From Chlorokybus atmophyticus (lineage: Eukaryota; Plantae; Mesostigma and Chlorokybus algae), in contig RHPI01002990.1 of NCBI GenBank assembly GCA_009103225.1, forward strand, positions 1 through 45,851: a stretch of 45,851 nt of DNA. The letters run 5' to 3'. Position numbers and translations under genes: made by a program. Positions 1 to 15,294 of this stretch are shown in pieces. The notes beneath the pieces are model-generated. The model was not told the origin of the DNA, made no database searches, and worked only from the letters and a program-made list of their open reading frames with translations. How positions within the stretch are numbered: the first letter of the stretch is position 1; every line of letters starts with the position of its first letter.

Positions 1-141
1 AACCCCAACCCTAACCCTAACCCTAACCCTAACCCCCAACCCTAACCCTAACCCCAACCCTAACCCCAACCCTAACCCCAACCCTAACCCTAACCCTAAC
101 CCTAACCCTAACCCTAACCCTAACCCTAACCCTAACCCTAA
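1..141 (+). repeat. Telomeric repeat array (CCCTAA)n, i.e. TTAGGG type, with interspersed CCCCAA variants
   Basis: Array at the very start of the window, C-rich on the + strand. Units at 82-141 are ten perfect CCCTAA; 1-81 contains four CCCCAA and one CCCCCAA among CCCTAA units. Confidence 0.97.
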
Positions 142-1545
142 TCCAGATCAGTGAGAGGACCAACACGCGATGAGTAACCCAGAATGTACTTGCGGAAGTA
201 GTTGCTCAAGCCTAGGAATGCGCGCAGCTCATGCACATTCTTGGGACTAGGCCAATCCTTGACCTTGGCAACCTTCCTTGGGTTAGGGCGCACGCCCTCC
301 TTGCTCACAGTGTGCCCGAGGAACTCTAGTTCCTTCTTGCCAGACTCGCACTTGGGCATGTAAGCATAGAAACGGTGCGCAGGCAGCGTTTCCAACACCT
401 CGCGCACTTGCGCGACGTGCATGTTAGCATCCTTGCTGAACACAAGTATAACGTCAAGATATACAAGCACTGTCTTCCCGATCAGCTTGTGAAACACACG
501 GTTCATCACAGCTTGAAAGGTGGCTGGCGCATTCGTCAGACCAAAAGGCAGCATTTTGTACTGAATGTGTCCCACAGGATTTCTGAACGCTGTCTTGGGC
601 ACATCTTCCGGTGTGATCCGGATCTGATGGTACCCCACTGATGAGATCCAAGGAGCTGAACACAGAGGCACCGCTTAGGTAATCAAGCAAATCATCTATC
701 CTTGGCAGCGGATACCTGTTCTTGATGGTCAGCTTGTTCAAGGCCCTATAGTCTACGCACATGCGGAGCCTGCCGTCCTTCTTAGGTACGAAAAGAATGG
801 GTGCTCCGAAAGGAGAGCTACTTGGCTCAATCAATCCCTTCTCAAGCAAGGCCTTAATCTGTCCCTCCACGTCCGCATACTCAGCTGGACTTAGCCTATA
901 CACAGGTCTGAATGGAGGCTGCGCATCAGACTCTAGAGGGATCGTATGCCAGATGTCCCTCTCAGGTGGCAATGCAGGCAGTTCAGCTTGAAACACATTT
1001 GAAAATTCAGACAACAGACCTTCAAGGGCCGTGTCTGGTGGCTTACCACCGGTCTCACCAACTGAGGTGGAAGTGTCGTCGTTGCCGACCGGCCGGACGA
1101 GCACTAGAAGAGGTTGAGCTCCATGGCGAACAGCCCTCTTCACCTGCATGGCACTCACCAAAGAACATAAGACATCTGTACTTGATGCATCATCTACAGA
1201 GCTAACAGTGGGCGCAACATTGTGCCCATCTGCATGCAAGGTCACACGACCTCGACCTTTGCGTACACTGCAAAGTTTTGTGTCCGCGTCTGTGCGCAAG
1301 CCACATGCTTGCTCCCAGTGGCTGCCAACAATGACATCCACGCCTGGCACCTCTACTGGGATGACCAAGGACTTCAGCTGAGCATGATAGCCTTGCACAC
1401 GCACAGACAAGCGTACAACTCCCCGCACGGGGATCTCAAGCTTGTTCAAGGCAACAACCGTGTCATCACACTAGCTGACTCTAACGCCTAAACATCGCAC
1501 AAGAGATTCACTTACGAAGTTCTCAGGTGTGCCCGTGTCTACCAT
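142..1545 (-). pseudogene. Ty3/gypsy pol remnant (protease, reverse transcriptase, connection)
   Basis: ORFs 454-1449 and 138-671 join across a frameshift (SLDLISG / VGYHQIRI). The catalytic YxDD reads YLDV. Confidence 0.93.
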
Positions 1546-2387
1546 TAAGATGCACGGCACATGCGCAACAACGCCTTGAACAACCAAGTCAAGTCCAGAG
1601 TACTTACCTCATGGATGGCAGGGGGGTCATACAACACACGCATTTGCCCCTTACCTGGCTTGACCTCCAAGGACCTGCATGCCTTTAACAAAGCAAGTCC
1701 ACAACCCAGGACGCTTGGGTACAACCACGCATGCACTTGTGTTGTGCGCACTCTTGCTCTTGCAATCCACATAGTGCTTGAGCATGTTGACAACTCGTCA
1801 ACAGGTGCATTAAGCAAGACACACTTGCCCGCACAGTCGTGCAGCATGAATTGAGTATCTACCTGTACACCCAACTCTTTTTCCCACACAGCGACATTGC
1901 ATGGTTGGGGAAGGCGTGACATCAAGTCACTGAAAGCACATTGCGTAATAACGTCCACAGAGCAGCTAGCCATTGGCAATCCCTGTTGTATACATGGCTT
2001 CTTGCTTTCTTCATGTCCCTCATACATGAGAGCATGGCCCCGAGCAGCCTTAGCTTCAGCTTCACAAAGCTGTGCTTCACGGCTACGCTTACGCTCTTGG
2101 TGGTTCTGTACACTTGCATCACCAAATGCACCAACATGTCCCTTACTTGGGATTGCACAGTCAACGATGTCACTTGACCGTTGCCATTGAGCTATGTTGG
2201 CCTCGTGTTGTTGCTGTAACTCTGTTACCTGCTCACACAACGTGGCAACCAAAGTAGTAAGCTGTCGGGTGGTCTTAGCAACATCATTGCCCCAAGATAC
2301 CGCCTCTCTTGCTGTATGCTCTTGCTCAGCCATTGCCACAAAGGTTAGGGCCAACACCACAAGGTGAAGTCCCTGTAACAGCTGCAC
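1545..2387 (-). pseudogene. Probable degenerate gag region of the telomere-adjacent gypsy element
   Basis: 280-aa ORF lying between the PBS-like site and the protease motif, with a coiled-coil-like N-terminal part. No intact zinc knuckle recognised, so the call is positional only. Confidence 0.45.
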
Positions 2388-2689
2388 TCACGTGCACACG
2401 CGCGTGCTCACGCGCACACGCGCAGCTGGTGCAGCAACAAGCCAATGCGTATGTAATGCTGTGTATGTGCAGCAAGAACACACAACTAATGCTCAAATCA
2501 GCGTGTAGAACGATCCACACCGTGCATGCAAGTGTGCACGCAACCGGACGCACTAACTAGCATGCACAATCAGCTCAAAACCCTGCCATGTAGTGCGTGC
2601 AAGCAAAGAATGCAACGCACGCACGGTGCAGCAAGTGCATGAGCTGATGGGCAAGCATGCAAGGCTTGGAATGCAAGCTCCGAGTCCAA

Positions 2690-3664
2690 TGTAACGATAC
2701 CACTCACTTACTTGCTGGGCGGCTTGGCAAACTTATGCACAAGCACAAGGACTTACTACTGGAAGCCCTACCAGCGTCACTGGTGCAGTACCTTGCAGAG
2801 GAAGTCACAGCACCGCACCAAGGAAGGAGAGGATGACACTAACCTCTCTACTCAGCTCCCACACACTCACACACTCAAGCACACCTCACACACATGTGCA
2901 AAGCTGCCACGGACATCACACCCCACATGGGATGAGAGGGAAAGCCCCTTGAACAACTAAATTAGACACCCCACACACAAGAGTCGAGTATGCACATGCT
3001 GAGCTGCCTCAACACATGTTGAGGCCGTTCATATACCCTCTCTTTGCTGCTCTCCGACCTAGAACATCCAAGTCCAAGGCTACATGCCTTGTCATGGCTG
3101 CGTTGACCACAACTCATGTCTAGGGCTGCCACATCAGCCCTTGGACCTCTTTCAACGCCCAAGACTGATCACACATCAGCCTCGGACATTGTAAACGTCC
3201 CTAGGCTGGTCACATCAGCCTAGGACATCACACACATCATCCTTGGACGTTGTGAACGTCCTTGGCTGGTCACATCAGCCTAGGACATCATACTCATGCA
3301 TACATATGCATCCTTATGCATGCATATGCGCGCATATGCACACATATGCGCATGCATGCATATACATGCATACATCTAGTACATACCTCTCATGCACGCA
3401 TATGCATACACATGCGTACATGTGCACACATATGCAAACACATCACACAATGTCTCATCGGCTATGATCAGCCCTGTGCTTGCCATCATGCCTTGTGTAG
3501 TTCATCATGCTCAAGGCCGCACAGGCTCTAGAGCAGACCTACATGAGAGCACACCCACAAGCACTACACACGCTTGCGTAGTGTGGGTCCCCACTTGGTC
3601 TCATCTCACTTACCACATAAGTAAGGGACAGAGAATGACTTTTGCCTGCCATGTGGCCGTGACA
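2690..3664 (-). repeat. 5' LTR (~975 bp) of the gypsy element
   Basis: On the minus strand it begins TGTCACG (3664) and ends CGTTACA (2690), forming imperfect inverted termini. It is followed by ttggactcggagc, a degenerate match to the tRNA-iMet PBS (t)tggtatcagagc. It contains internal tandem repeats. Confidence 0.7.
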
Positions 3665-5014
3665 GCAACATGATCGGTTGGCTGTCATTATTGTAAAGCT
3701 TTCATAGGTGGTTGCGCTATCACAAAGAGCATGCCTTCCAGCCATTTCGTGTCAAGCGAGCTCGCTGGGTGAGAGCTATGCAGAACGCTAAATAAGTTAT
3801 AGTGAAACATGCCCTTTAATTGCTGACGAGCACACCTCTCACCCCTGCTCACAATTGCACTGCTTTGTGCTACTTCTCACTTATTCATATGTCCACAAGG
3901 CGCTGACGCTGCGAGAGACCGAGGTTGCAGCGAACATCAGCAGCACCCCTAGGTATGGTTGCAAAGCTCCTGGCAGGTCCAGGTCAGAGGGTAGGCGTTG
4001 GGTCTGCTGAGGATAACAAGGTTCCGTTTCAGGTGAACCGTACATCACTTTTGCGCTATGGCAATGAGCTTGACGACACTTACATGGCATACAGACCGGC
4101 TTGACGAATAAAAACGCAGGTGAGGGCATGAGCGGAGCAGCGGTAGTATGCGTATGCATGCATGGTTTGCTTGCAGCTTTGAGCAATTACGTGTTCGTTG
4201 CAAGGTGCTGGTCGTGAATGCTGCTCAGCACCGTTATGCTACTGCAACATTGTTATCGGTGCAACAGGACACGCACACGCATAGAGTATGAGTGCAAGTC
4301 TAATATGTGTACATGTTGTTTTTAACTGTGTATATGGTTGTGAACTGCAGAAGCGTAGGAATTTGGTCTTCTAGACGAGCCAGGCAGCGTGTGACTGCCG
4401 CGAGCGTAAAGTGTGATACAGTTATATTTTCTGCGGTGGTTAGCAGCACTTTAATAATAGCTTCAAGCTATTGTCTCAGTTTGTGTATCAGTCATTGCGT
4501 TTAAAATGAAAATTATGAACTTCTTGAACAAGCAAAGTGTGATAGTAAGCCCATGGCATGCACGCAATGCACAATGCGATTTTAATTCGTCGCCACTACA
4601 AGTTAGCTTCACTGCTAACGGTAGGAGAGCTAGCGAAGAGCATGCGATTTAAGTCGTTAATGTTTTTTAATCTCTTAGACCGACATTGTAAGACGTTCTT
4701 GTGTCAACACTTTGTAACCGTTTTCAAGCTGCGTGCAACTGAACTTGCAACGTCTGAATCCAGCTAGAAAACTGTTGTGTTTGTTACCCCGATTATTAAT
4801 GTCATGTGGTCGCCGTGCTGGAGAATAGCTGTGGAGATTAACGGTTATGTCTCCGTTATGCCAAGCTTGATGCTCAGCTTTTCAGAGGTCAATCGCGCGT
4901 GATAGTGTATGCAACAGGCCGCAGGTGTGGTCGATTGTGCAGCAGTGGGAGTCATCGCATTAATAGTTGCTAATGTGGTATTCAAGCTGTCTAGCAGACT
5001 CATCGATGTGGATG

Positions 5015-5784
5015 TTAATACTCGCTAGTAAATTGCGGCATGAAGTGGTCGAGTCTTCTGGCGGCCAGCAGGTCGGAAAGATGCGCGTTGAGAGGTGAGA
5101 AGAAGCTTCGCAGCAGCTCTTCCGTGTTGCGGTCGATCGCACTCTCCACCTCGCAGGTGTGATGCTTCTCCTCGGAATTATTCCGAATCACCTCGGGCAA
5201 ACTGTCCACGTTCTCCGGCACAGGCAAATCCAAGAACTGCAGCACCTGTGTGTACATTCACATGCGCGTGTGTGCATGTGTTCATGTATGCACGTGTGTT
5301 CTCCTGTAACCGGTTGTGTTGTTCTGCCACGTTTAAGAGTGAGAGTATAACAACGCCTGGTCATTGTGCGTGAGGCATCATCTTACCTCGCTCAGGGTGT
5401 CGGTGTGGCTTGCTTCCAAGTCATGGTGGTCTATGATGTGGAACTGCGAGGGTTCAAAGGCCAGCAGCCAGCTGCTCAGCTGCCACGCATACGCTGCTTG
5501 CCAAAATGCAGGTGGGAGACATCGGTACACAATCTACATGGCCACAGCAACATTAGTCACTATAATATGATAGTATGAGCACGGACACATCTTGCGTAAG
5601 AGAGAAGAGTACTCATGCGCGAGCACTACATTAACAACATAACCTGGCGAGCGTCCTGACTGGGAGGTCCAATATTTTGGCGCACGCACTGCATCACCCC
5701 CGCCACCTCCCTCGCAACCCACTGGCTGAACGACACCTCACATGGAATCTTGAATTCGTACCTGTGTGGTCCAAAACTTGGGGG

Positions 5785-5831
<47 letters not shown>

Positions 5832-7494
5832 TGAAAATTCAGACAACAGACCTTCAAGGGCCGTGTCTGGTGGCTTNNNNNNNNNNNNNNNNNNNNNNNN
5901 NNNNNNNNNNNNNNNNNNNNNNNNNNNNNNNNNNNNNNNNNNNNNNNNNNNNNNNNNNNNNNNNNNNNNNNNNNNNNNNNNNNNNNNNNNNNNNNNNNNN
6001 NNNNNNNNNNNNNNNNNNNNNNNNNNNNNNNNNNNNNNNNNNNNNNNNNNNNNNNNNNNNNNNNNNNNNNNNNNNNNNNNNNNNNNNNNNNNNNNNNNNN
6101 NNNNNNNNNNNNNNNNNNNNNNNNNNNNNNNNNNNNNNNNNNNNNNNNNNNNNNNNNNNNNNNNNNNNNNNNNNNNNNNNNNNNNNNNNNNNNNNNNNNN
6201 NNNNNNNNNNNNNNNNNNNNNNNNNNNNNNNNNNNNNNNNNNNNNNNNNNNNNNNNNNNNNNNNNNNNNNNNNNNNNNNNNNNNNNNNNNNNNNNNNNNN
6301 NNNNNNNNNNNNNNNNNNNNNNNNNNNNNNNNNNNNNNNNNNNNNNNNNNNNNNNNNNNNNNNNNNNNNNNNNNNNNNNNNNNNNNNNNNNNNNNNNNNN
6401 NNNNNNNNNNNNNNNNNNNNNNNNNNNNNNNNNNNNNNNNNNNNNNNNNNNNNNNNNNNNNNNNNNNNNNNNNNNNAGGGGGGGGGGGGGGGCATGGCCA
6501 CAGCACACTCACTTGAGACCCCTGCCAATGTGGTTGAACCACGACAAAGTCCTTGTAAGTGGGTCCCTCAGCACCACCAGCAGCTTGATTCTTGCTGCAA
6601 GTGCTGGCCCGTACGCGTGCAGCAGCCTTCCCACCGTCTGTGTGTTGGACAGATACCCTGGCGTGGCATCCATGAGGTACCTCACATCACCCTCCTGCAC
6701 CTCCTTGCATGGCGGGAACAGGTTGCTGTAGGCTGTAAGGACCTCCCCTGAGTCCGTGGCGTGGGGTTCCATCCCCAATGCCAGCCTGCTGTTGAAGAAG
6801 TGGACCTCCTTGATGTCGCTGCGCACGGCACCGTGTGTATAGCGAGTATCTGTCAGGTAGCCCCACAGTGCTGTTGAACCAGACTTGCCAGCGCCGATGA
6901 GGAAAAGGTTGGAAAGGGCGCGACCGCTGGGCTTGTAGCAGACAAGGCTCGTGACGGGGTTCAGGACCTGGGCGGGAATGCAGGTATGTGCGTCCGCGCA
7001 TTGGTGCTTTTTGTGATCACAACGTGACTGGGACTATCAGCAAGTGCGTACAGGTGCATATGCCCGTTGTGTATGTACATGTGAGGGGTGCAATGCGTCC
7101 GCACATTGGTGCTTGTTTTTGTGAACACAACGTGACTGTGACTGTGAGCAAGTGCGTGCAGATGCCAATGCCCGTTTGTGTATGCACATGTGAGGGGTGC
7201 AATGCATGGTTATGGAAACTCAACTGCGTGCTCAGGTGGAAGCGCGGGGCTCGTCGAGCGGTCGCCGTTCTTGTTCTGCATGGCCTTGGCGTTGAGACTG
7301 CGTGATGCTGAGCGCAGCGTCATGTTGGTGGGCCGCCATACGGCGTCCACCAGCGCCTTCCAGGCCGCCGCATCAAAGTCAGCTTCTGCCACCGCTCCAG
7401 TCACGCAAACTTGGAGCAGCAGCACACCCATCACCAGCAACGCGGTAGCTGCTCTCCACGCCATCCCTGCCGCCGCCGCCACCGCCGCCGCCAC
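5015..7494 (-). CDS. Type II membrane sulfotransferase (heparan-sulfate 3-O-/N-sulfotransferase-like PAPS-dependent fold)
   Basis: Exons 7494-7225, 6967-6513, 5761-5644, 5533-5387 and 5245-5015 splice in frame at GT-AG sites; the exon-1 donor is weak. Shows an N-terminal hydrophobic anchor (ALLVMGVLLLQVCVTGAVA), 5'-PSB loop FLIGAGKSGSTAL, KEVHFF, DATPGY, 3'-PB LLVVLRDPLTRTLSWFNH, AYAWQLSSWLLAFEPSQFHII, and C-terminal LRSFFSPLNAHLSDLL. Confidence 0.9.
5788..5876 (+). repeat. (GA)n tract followed by a ~47-bp copy of the gypsy pol sequence, abutting an N gap inside a sulfotransferase intron
   Basis: tttgaaaattcagacaacagaccttcaagggccgtgtctggtggctt at ~5830-5876 is identical to ~998-1044. Confidence 0.85.
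5877..6476. other. Assembly gap (N run)
   Basis: Run of n characters. Confidence 1.
6985..7205. repeat. Two-copy ~105-bp tandem duplication filling most of intron 1 of the sulfotransferase
   Basis: tgcgtccgc(g/a)cattggtgctt...cacaacgtgactg...agcaagtgcgt...atgcccgtt...gtgaggggtgcaatgc occurs twice in tandem. Confidence 0.85.
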
Positions 7495-10212
7495 CTGGAC
7501 GCCGCCCCTCCTCTTTCACATGTGATCAGTGGCACTGACTAAGCTGCCCCGCAAGCGCGTCGAGCGGGCGGGCGTTGCAAGCGGCAAGTCTTGGCCACGT
7601 GCAGTGCGGTAAGCCAGCAGCAGGGCGGGCGTGATACGAAGTACATCTCGTATCACTCGTACAAATAGGCACGTAGAGGCCTACCGTAGGCCTGTGTGAC
7701 GTACCTCCATACTGAAGCGTCTCCAGAGGCGGTGTGGTATGTGTGTGGCCGGGACGCTCGGCAGTATCTGCCGGTCGGCCTTTGGACGGCACGTTATAAG
7801 TCCCTAACTTAACCATTAACTACATCAGGTAGGTTATGTTGATGTTGAGCCCTTCCAGATGCTTGGATGTCAGCAAATTGTACTGGTGTGGTTGGGCGGT
7901 GCTGGCTGTAATAGTCCATTTGATGTTTGCTTGTGAGGTGGAGCACTTGTGTACATGTCGCGTTGGGCTGCTGCACTGGTCAGCTGATGTTTTTCAAGGA
8001 CCGCTGGATTGCGTATTTTGTAATTGAGTTATTACAAAGTATGATGTCTATTATTGGTATGCGTGCGCGTATGTTTGACTTCAATGGGTCTGCTGCTCAG
8101 ATTGCAAACTGCTGCCGGTGTATTGGTTTTACAAGCGCATGTGCGCGTGTGCTTGAGATTGCAGTTAGCTACATAACTTTTTAGCTGATGAGTTGGTATA
8201 TGCGCATCTGATTTCTCTTCTATTTAAAAGGGGGGCATGCGTATCACTTTTTACGTGCATATGTGTGTCTATTTGAGCGTTCATGCGTCTGCAGCAGCTA
8301 GCTTCGTGGTGTGCGTGTATGCATGTGTGTGTCTATATTCATGCAGCATGGGCGTATCAATGTGTGCAGCTAAGGTGTGAGTGTGTGTGTGTGCATGTGT
8401 GGCCGTGCTGCTACTTGGCAAGGCATGTGCGTGCGTGCGTGCATCAGCAGCTTCTTGCATTTTGTACGTATGCCTTGTTAAGGTAGGGTTGGATACTGTG
8501 CGTGTATGCGAGTGATTACCATTTGTAGCTTACTAATACATTATTAAACACTCATATTTGTATTCGAATTCGTAGTACCGTAATGCAATGTTGTGATGCA
8601 AGGCAAGTGCCTATTGAGACTTAACGGCTGAATAGCATATATGCATGCGTGCGCGCGCGCATGTACAAAAGATCGAACACGAAATTCGTGCATGTTATTA
8701 TGCGTGAGCATGCAAGCAAAAACAAAACACAAACTCATCTGAGCTACGCACGTGCTATCTACTACGCTTACGCTCATCGTGGTTTTGTGAAGCTACGATT
8801 TGCTGATGCATAATGCGCAAGTGTTCATGCTCATTAAGTGAGTGCATACATGAGTATGATTAAACGTCTACTGAACTATTGCTTATTTAACAAATGTACA
8901 TGCACGAACTTATGTAGAGAGTGATACAACGACAGAAAAGGAACCACATTCAGCATTGACTCTATAACATCTGTATACATGTTTGTATATACAATGTGCG
9001 TGGCATGCGTAAATGCTGTTGATGTATCTTATGTGTTATACATTAATTGGTTGCAGCAATTGATTACGCATTTGCATACTCGTTGAATACTCGACTCATA
9101 TACAAATATTCTAATGTGCATAAACAATGCCATTACGTGGCACGTAATATGCAACACACAAGAGTTGTGTATAGCATATTATATATATACATATATATGT
9201 ATATCTATATGTACACTCTGACTTTTCATGTTAACGTATATAAATATGTAACCATATACAACGTATATCTGAAGCTAGTATACCACCCGTTTCCTTGTCG
9301 TATGATAATGTACAAGACATACGTAGACCATGTATACTAGCATAGTAATTAAATGAGGTTATAGTACACCTCTATACCGGTGGTACTACCGGTAATTGCA
9401 TCACATTTGACCAAGTTGTACGCCTGCGCCGACGCGGCGGCGGACGGGCGTCGACGGCCCCAACTCGGTTAGGCGCCGAGGCGGGCGGCCGGCGCAGCGC
9501 CGGCCTCGCGCAGCTCTTGGCCTTTCCCGCCGGGGCGTCTCTCCGCGAGCTTCCGACTCCGCGACTCGCCAAACTAACCGTGCAGAAAGTTTGCCAGAGC
9601 CCCTGCCAGCCCAGGCTTTGCTCCAATGGCTGATTCTTGGTTTCTCAGATTCGGAGTCTCGGAGTCACTGAGATACGCAGCCGAGTTAGTTTATGCGGCA
9701 GGATATGGCCGAGTCGCGACACGACCTCTGCAGCATTGTACAACGCCAACCCCCCATAATACGAACAAACCGTGCCAGCTTGCCGGCTTGCTAGGGCCCC
9801 TGCCAGCCTGCCATATTCCCTCCGCGTCCATCGGTGTTTGTCGGTTGTCCTCCGGGACGCCCTATGTGTCGGACCGGTAGCGCTGCCGCCCTTAACCGGC
9901 TGAGCAAGCGGGAGGGCCGATGAGACCGTACCTTTTGCCAGGAGAGGAGAGGAGCCGCCTGTGTTGCCTGAGAGCACTAGCCAGCCGTGTAGGATATCTC
10001 ACTCCCCCCCTTCGCGCTGCATCGCTCCAGGAAGAGGATGCCCTACAGATGGTGCGCGAGGGAAGGCAAAGCTTTAGCCCCTCCACACGCCAGCAGCTCA
10101 GCAGAATAGTGGTAGTCAGCGTCGTTGTTATCAGTCTGGTGGACAGACATAAGGGCGGAGAAACTCTCGGGCAAGTGGGCGAATTTGGGCATACCACTAG
10201 TAGCAGGCAGCC

Positions 10213-13138
<2,926 letters not shown>

Positions 13139-14479
13139 TAAGTCAATTTGTGATGCTGTGTGCGTCATGATTGACAGTCGTGACAGTCATAGGCACCCGT
13201 TTGGTAAGTAAACGGTTCAAGTTGTTAGCACGAAGATAACAACATTATGCATGTGATGATATGTGCTAAGATGGACACTTAGAGATGAAGAGTCATGAAC
13301 AATGGCAAACACAATCAGGACCATTTTACCTAAAACTTGCAACACATGTACGAGTTTAGCATGTACGCTTGCAACAACAGCTAAATAGCATTGCTACTAC
13401 ACTTGTCGTTACTCAACCTTAGCTTATCAATACTTGCGTTAGCGATGAGATCTTGAGCGCGTGTATACTTTAATCAGGTTGCAACCCCGCACATTGTCGT
13501 GCCATAAGTACTCATTACCATGCATAATCGACTTTCATTCAAGGCCACATTCAACAGATAGAGTCATGAGGCATATGTAAATATACAACGAAAGCTATAC
13601 ATACCACATCTTTAAAAGGAGCTTTTAACACGCAAAATCTCTACGTGTACTATGTCAAACTACGATACTACATGCATGTCATTGGACCCTCTCTTGATTG
13701 AAGGGAAAGGGCTAGGATTTTAGCGCACAGCTGAGCAGGGGGGTGGGGGTGGGGGGTGGAGTAACCCTTCCTACATCTTATTTGCCTACAATGTCGGCAA
13801 CACTGCCACGGCTTAAGGGAGTCTAGGACCAACACCCCCACGCACAATCTTGTGAGGAGGTGCAGTCTGAGAAGGCCATTGGTTGCGTAAGAAATCAGCA
13901 ACGCTCAGCCCCGCCCATTAAAAAAAAGTGTTGCCTGAGGAATTATATTTTCCAGGCCCCCCATGTTCTTGTAATACACGGAGTGGTACCGGACGCTAAA
14001 AGCATCGAATATGTGTTCAATACTTTGAGACTCTTCCCAAGAGTGCTGCCCCTTTTGTTGTTGAAACTGCTCCTCCACCACGATCACAACAGCAGCCGGA
14101 GCACCCCAACATGGGGAATTCACCTCCTCCGCGCCTGTTAGCAGACCCGCACGCACATGAGTGCCCGGCGGGGCCCACTGCACCTCTACTAGGCTATGTG
14201 TAATGCCTTGGCGCTGCCGGTGCGTTTGACGAGCGGTTTCACCCGTCGCCGCCATCAAACGCATGCAAAGCCGTGTATATGCAATTAAGGCATCATTGCC
14301 TAAATCTGTTCCCCAATACAAACACACCAGCTGATGGGAGAAGACTTGGAACAGGATCCACAACAGGGTATCGTACGGCCCGGCGAACATTATGGCTTGA
14401 GTTGTCGGACAATTCCACAGCTTTGCCGCATACATCGACGGTGGAGATACGAAGTGTGTCGGGCGGAGAAGAGTAAAGG

Positions 14480-14690
14480 GTTACGCTGGCTCGAACAGCT
14501 GCAAGGAAAGCCATGCATGCTAAGACATGCTACTGCAGCATGCTATAGCATGTCAGTAAAAGTAAAAGTTAACCCATCAACAAGTGCTCATCAGAGCTTG
14601 TTCAGTGCTAAGTAACACGGACATGTGGAGCTGATCCCCACTATAGTGTACATGCTGTGCTGTAGGACACACAGTCGACGAGCCACTACT
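14480..14690. repeat. Diverged ~200-bp direct repeat, copy A (copy B at ~15295-15511)
   Basis: Shared blocks in both copies: aaagccatgc, catgct(a/t)ctgcagcatgct(a/g)tagcatgtcagtaaaagtaaa, aagtgctcat, agagcttgttc, taacacggacatgtg, tgtacatgctgtgctgtaggacacac. Confidence 0.85.
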
Positions 14691-15294
14691 ATAGGTAGTG
14701 ATGTTTACATAGTTCTTTGCATGAGTGGAAAATGTGCTACACTGTTAAGTGAGGTGAATGAACAAGCATGCGTTGATGCTATGCCCTGACTGAGGTTAAC
14801 AAGCACACCGCAACCAAGCACACCAAGTCCATATCAATGACAAGCACGGTGCACAAGAGCATGCACAGACTTTCACACGGCGGAAAGATTCTTGAAAAAC
14901 GGGACGACGTGTTCGTAGTTCAAGTCGCTTCACAAGCTCTTACCTTTCTCGCTCATAGTGTCACCATCTGATCCGGTGAACACCCTGACTACTTTTACAA
15001 GTCAAATCATAACTGTTCAGAACATAAGCTAATGGTCATATTGAGGCTATTTCCAACAAAGCCCCCACTTGATATAAAACATAACCTATAACCAAACTCA
15101 CAATAACTGTTACGCGCGGTGACTGCATAGGCTATATAACCATGAGCTAGTCTCAAGTCATGTGCTAGCTTCTGGCTAGTGGCGCGCGCAGGTCTTCATA
15201 CTCATAGGCCGAGCGTGTACTTTTATGCAGGCATGCTCAATAAAAACTAGCATGCAAGGACAATAGGCATAACAGCTGTCTGGCCGAGACGAAT

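Larger units (their letters stand above)
142..3664 (-). mobile_element. Degenerate Ty3/gypsy (chromovirus-like) LTR retrotransposon, 3'-truncated by the telomere
   Basis: Minus-strand order: LTR, PBS, gag-like ORF, protease motif (ILMVDTGTPENFVS, ~1505-1545), RT ([60 protein letters not shown] for YLDD, FLGH), then RT/RH connection ([14 protein letters not shown]). There is a stop after the protease motif and a frameshift near 670. RNase H, integrase and 3' LTR are absent. Confidence 0.93.

Noticed and set aside
3105-3290. Repeat-spacer-like pattern (also 22885-23290), considered as a CRISPR array
   Set aside because: Eukaryotic context, irregular unit lengths, spacers that are themselves repeated, and no cas genes.
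5677-6751. Long ORFs of 220-330 aa spanning the N run (also 32381-32782)
   Set aside because: Artefacts of translating assembly gaps as X.
9375-9400. Hairpin accggtggtactaccggt at the edge of an AT-rich block, considered as a Helitron 3' end
   Set aside because: No correctly spaced CTRR terminus on either strand and no 5' TC/A boundary identified.
9420-10200. GC-rich block with several 80-120-aa ORFs, considered as an ncRNA or small gene
   Set aside because: No recognisable RNA motif or protein similarity. Most simply the promoter and 5' UTR of the GT61 gene.
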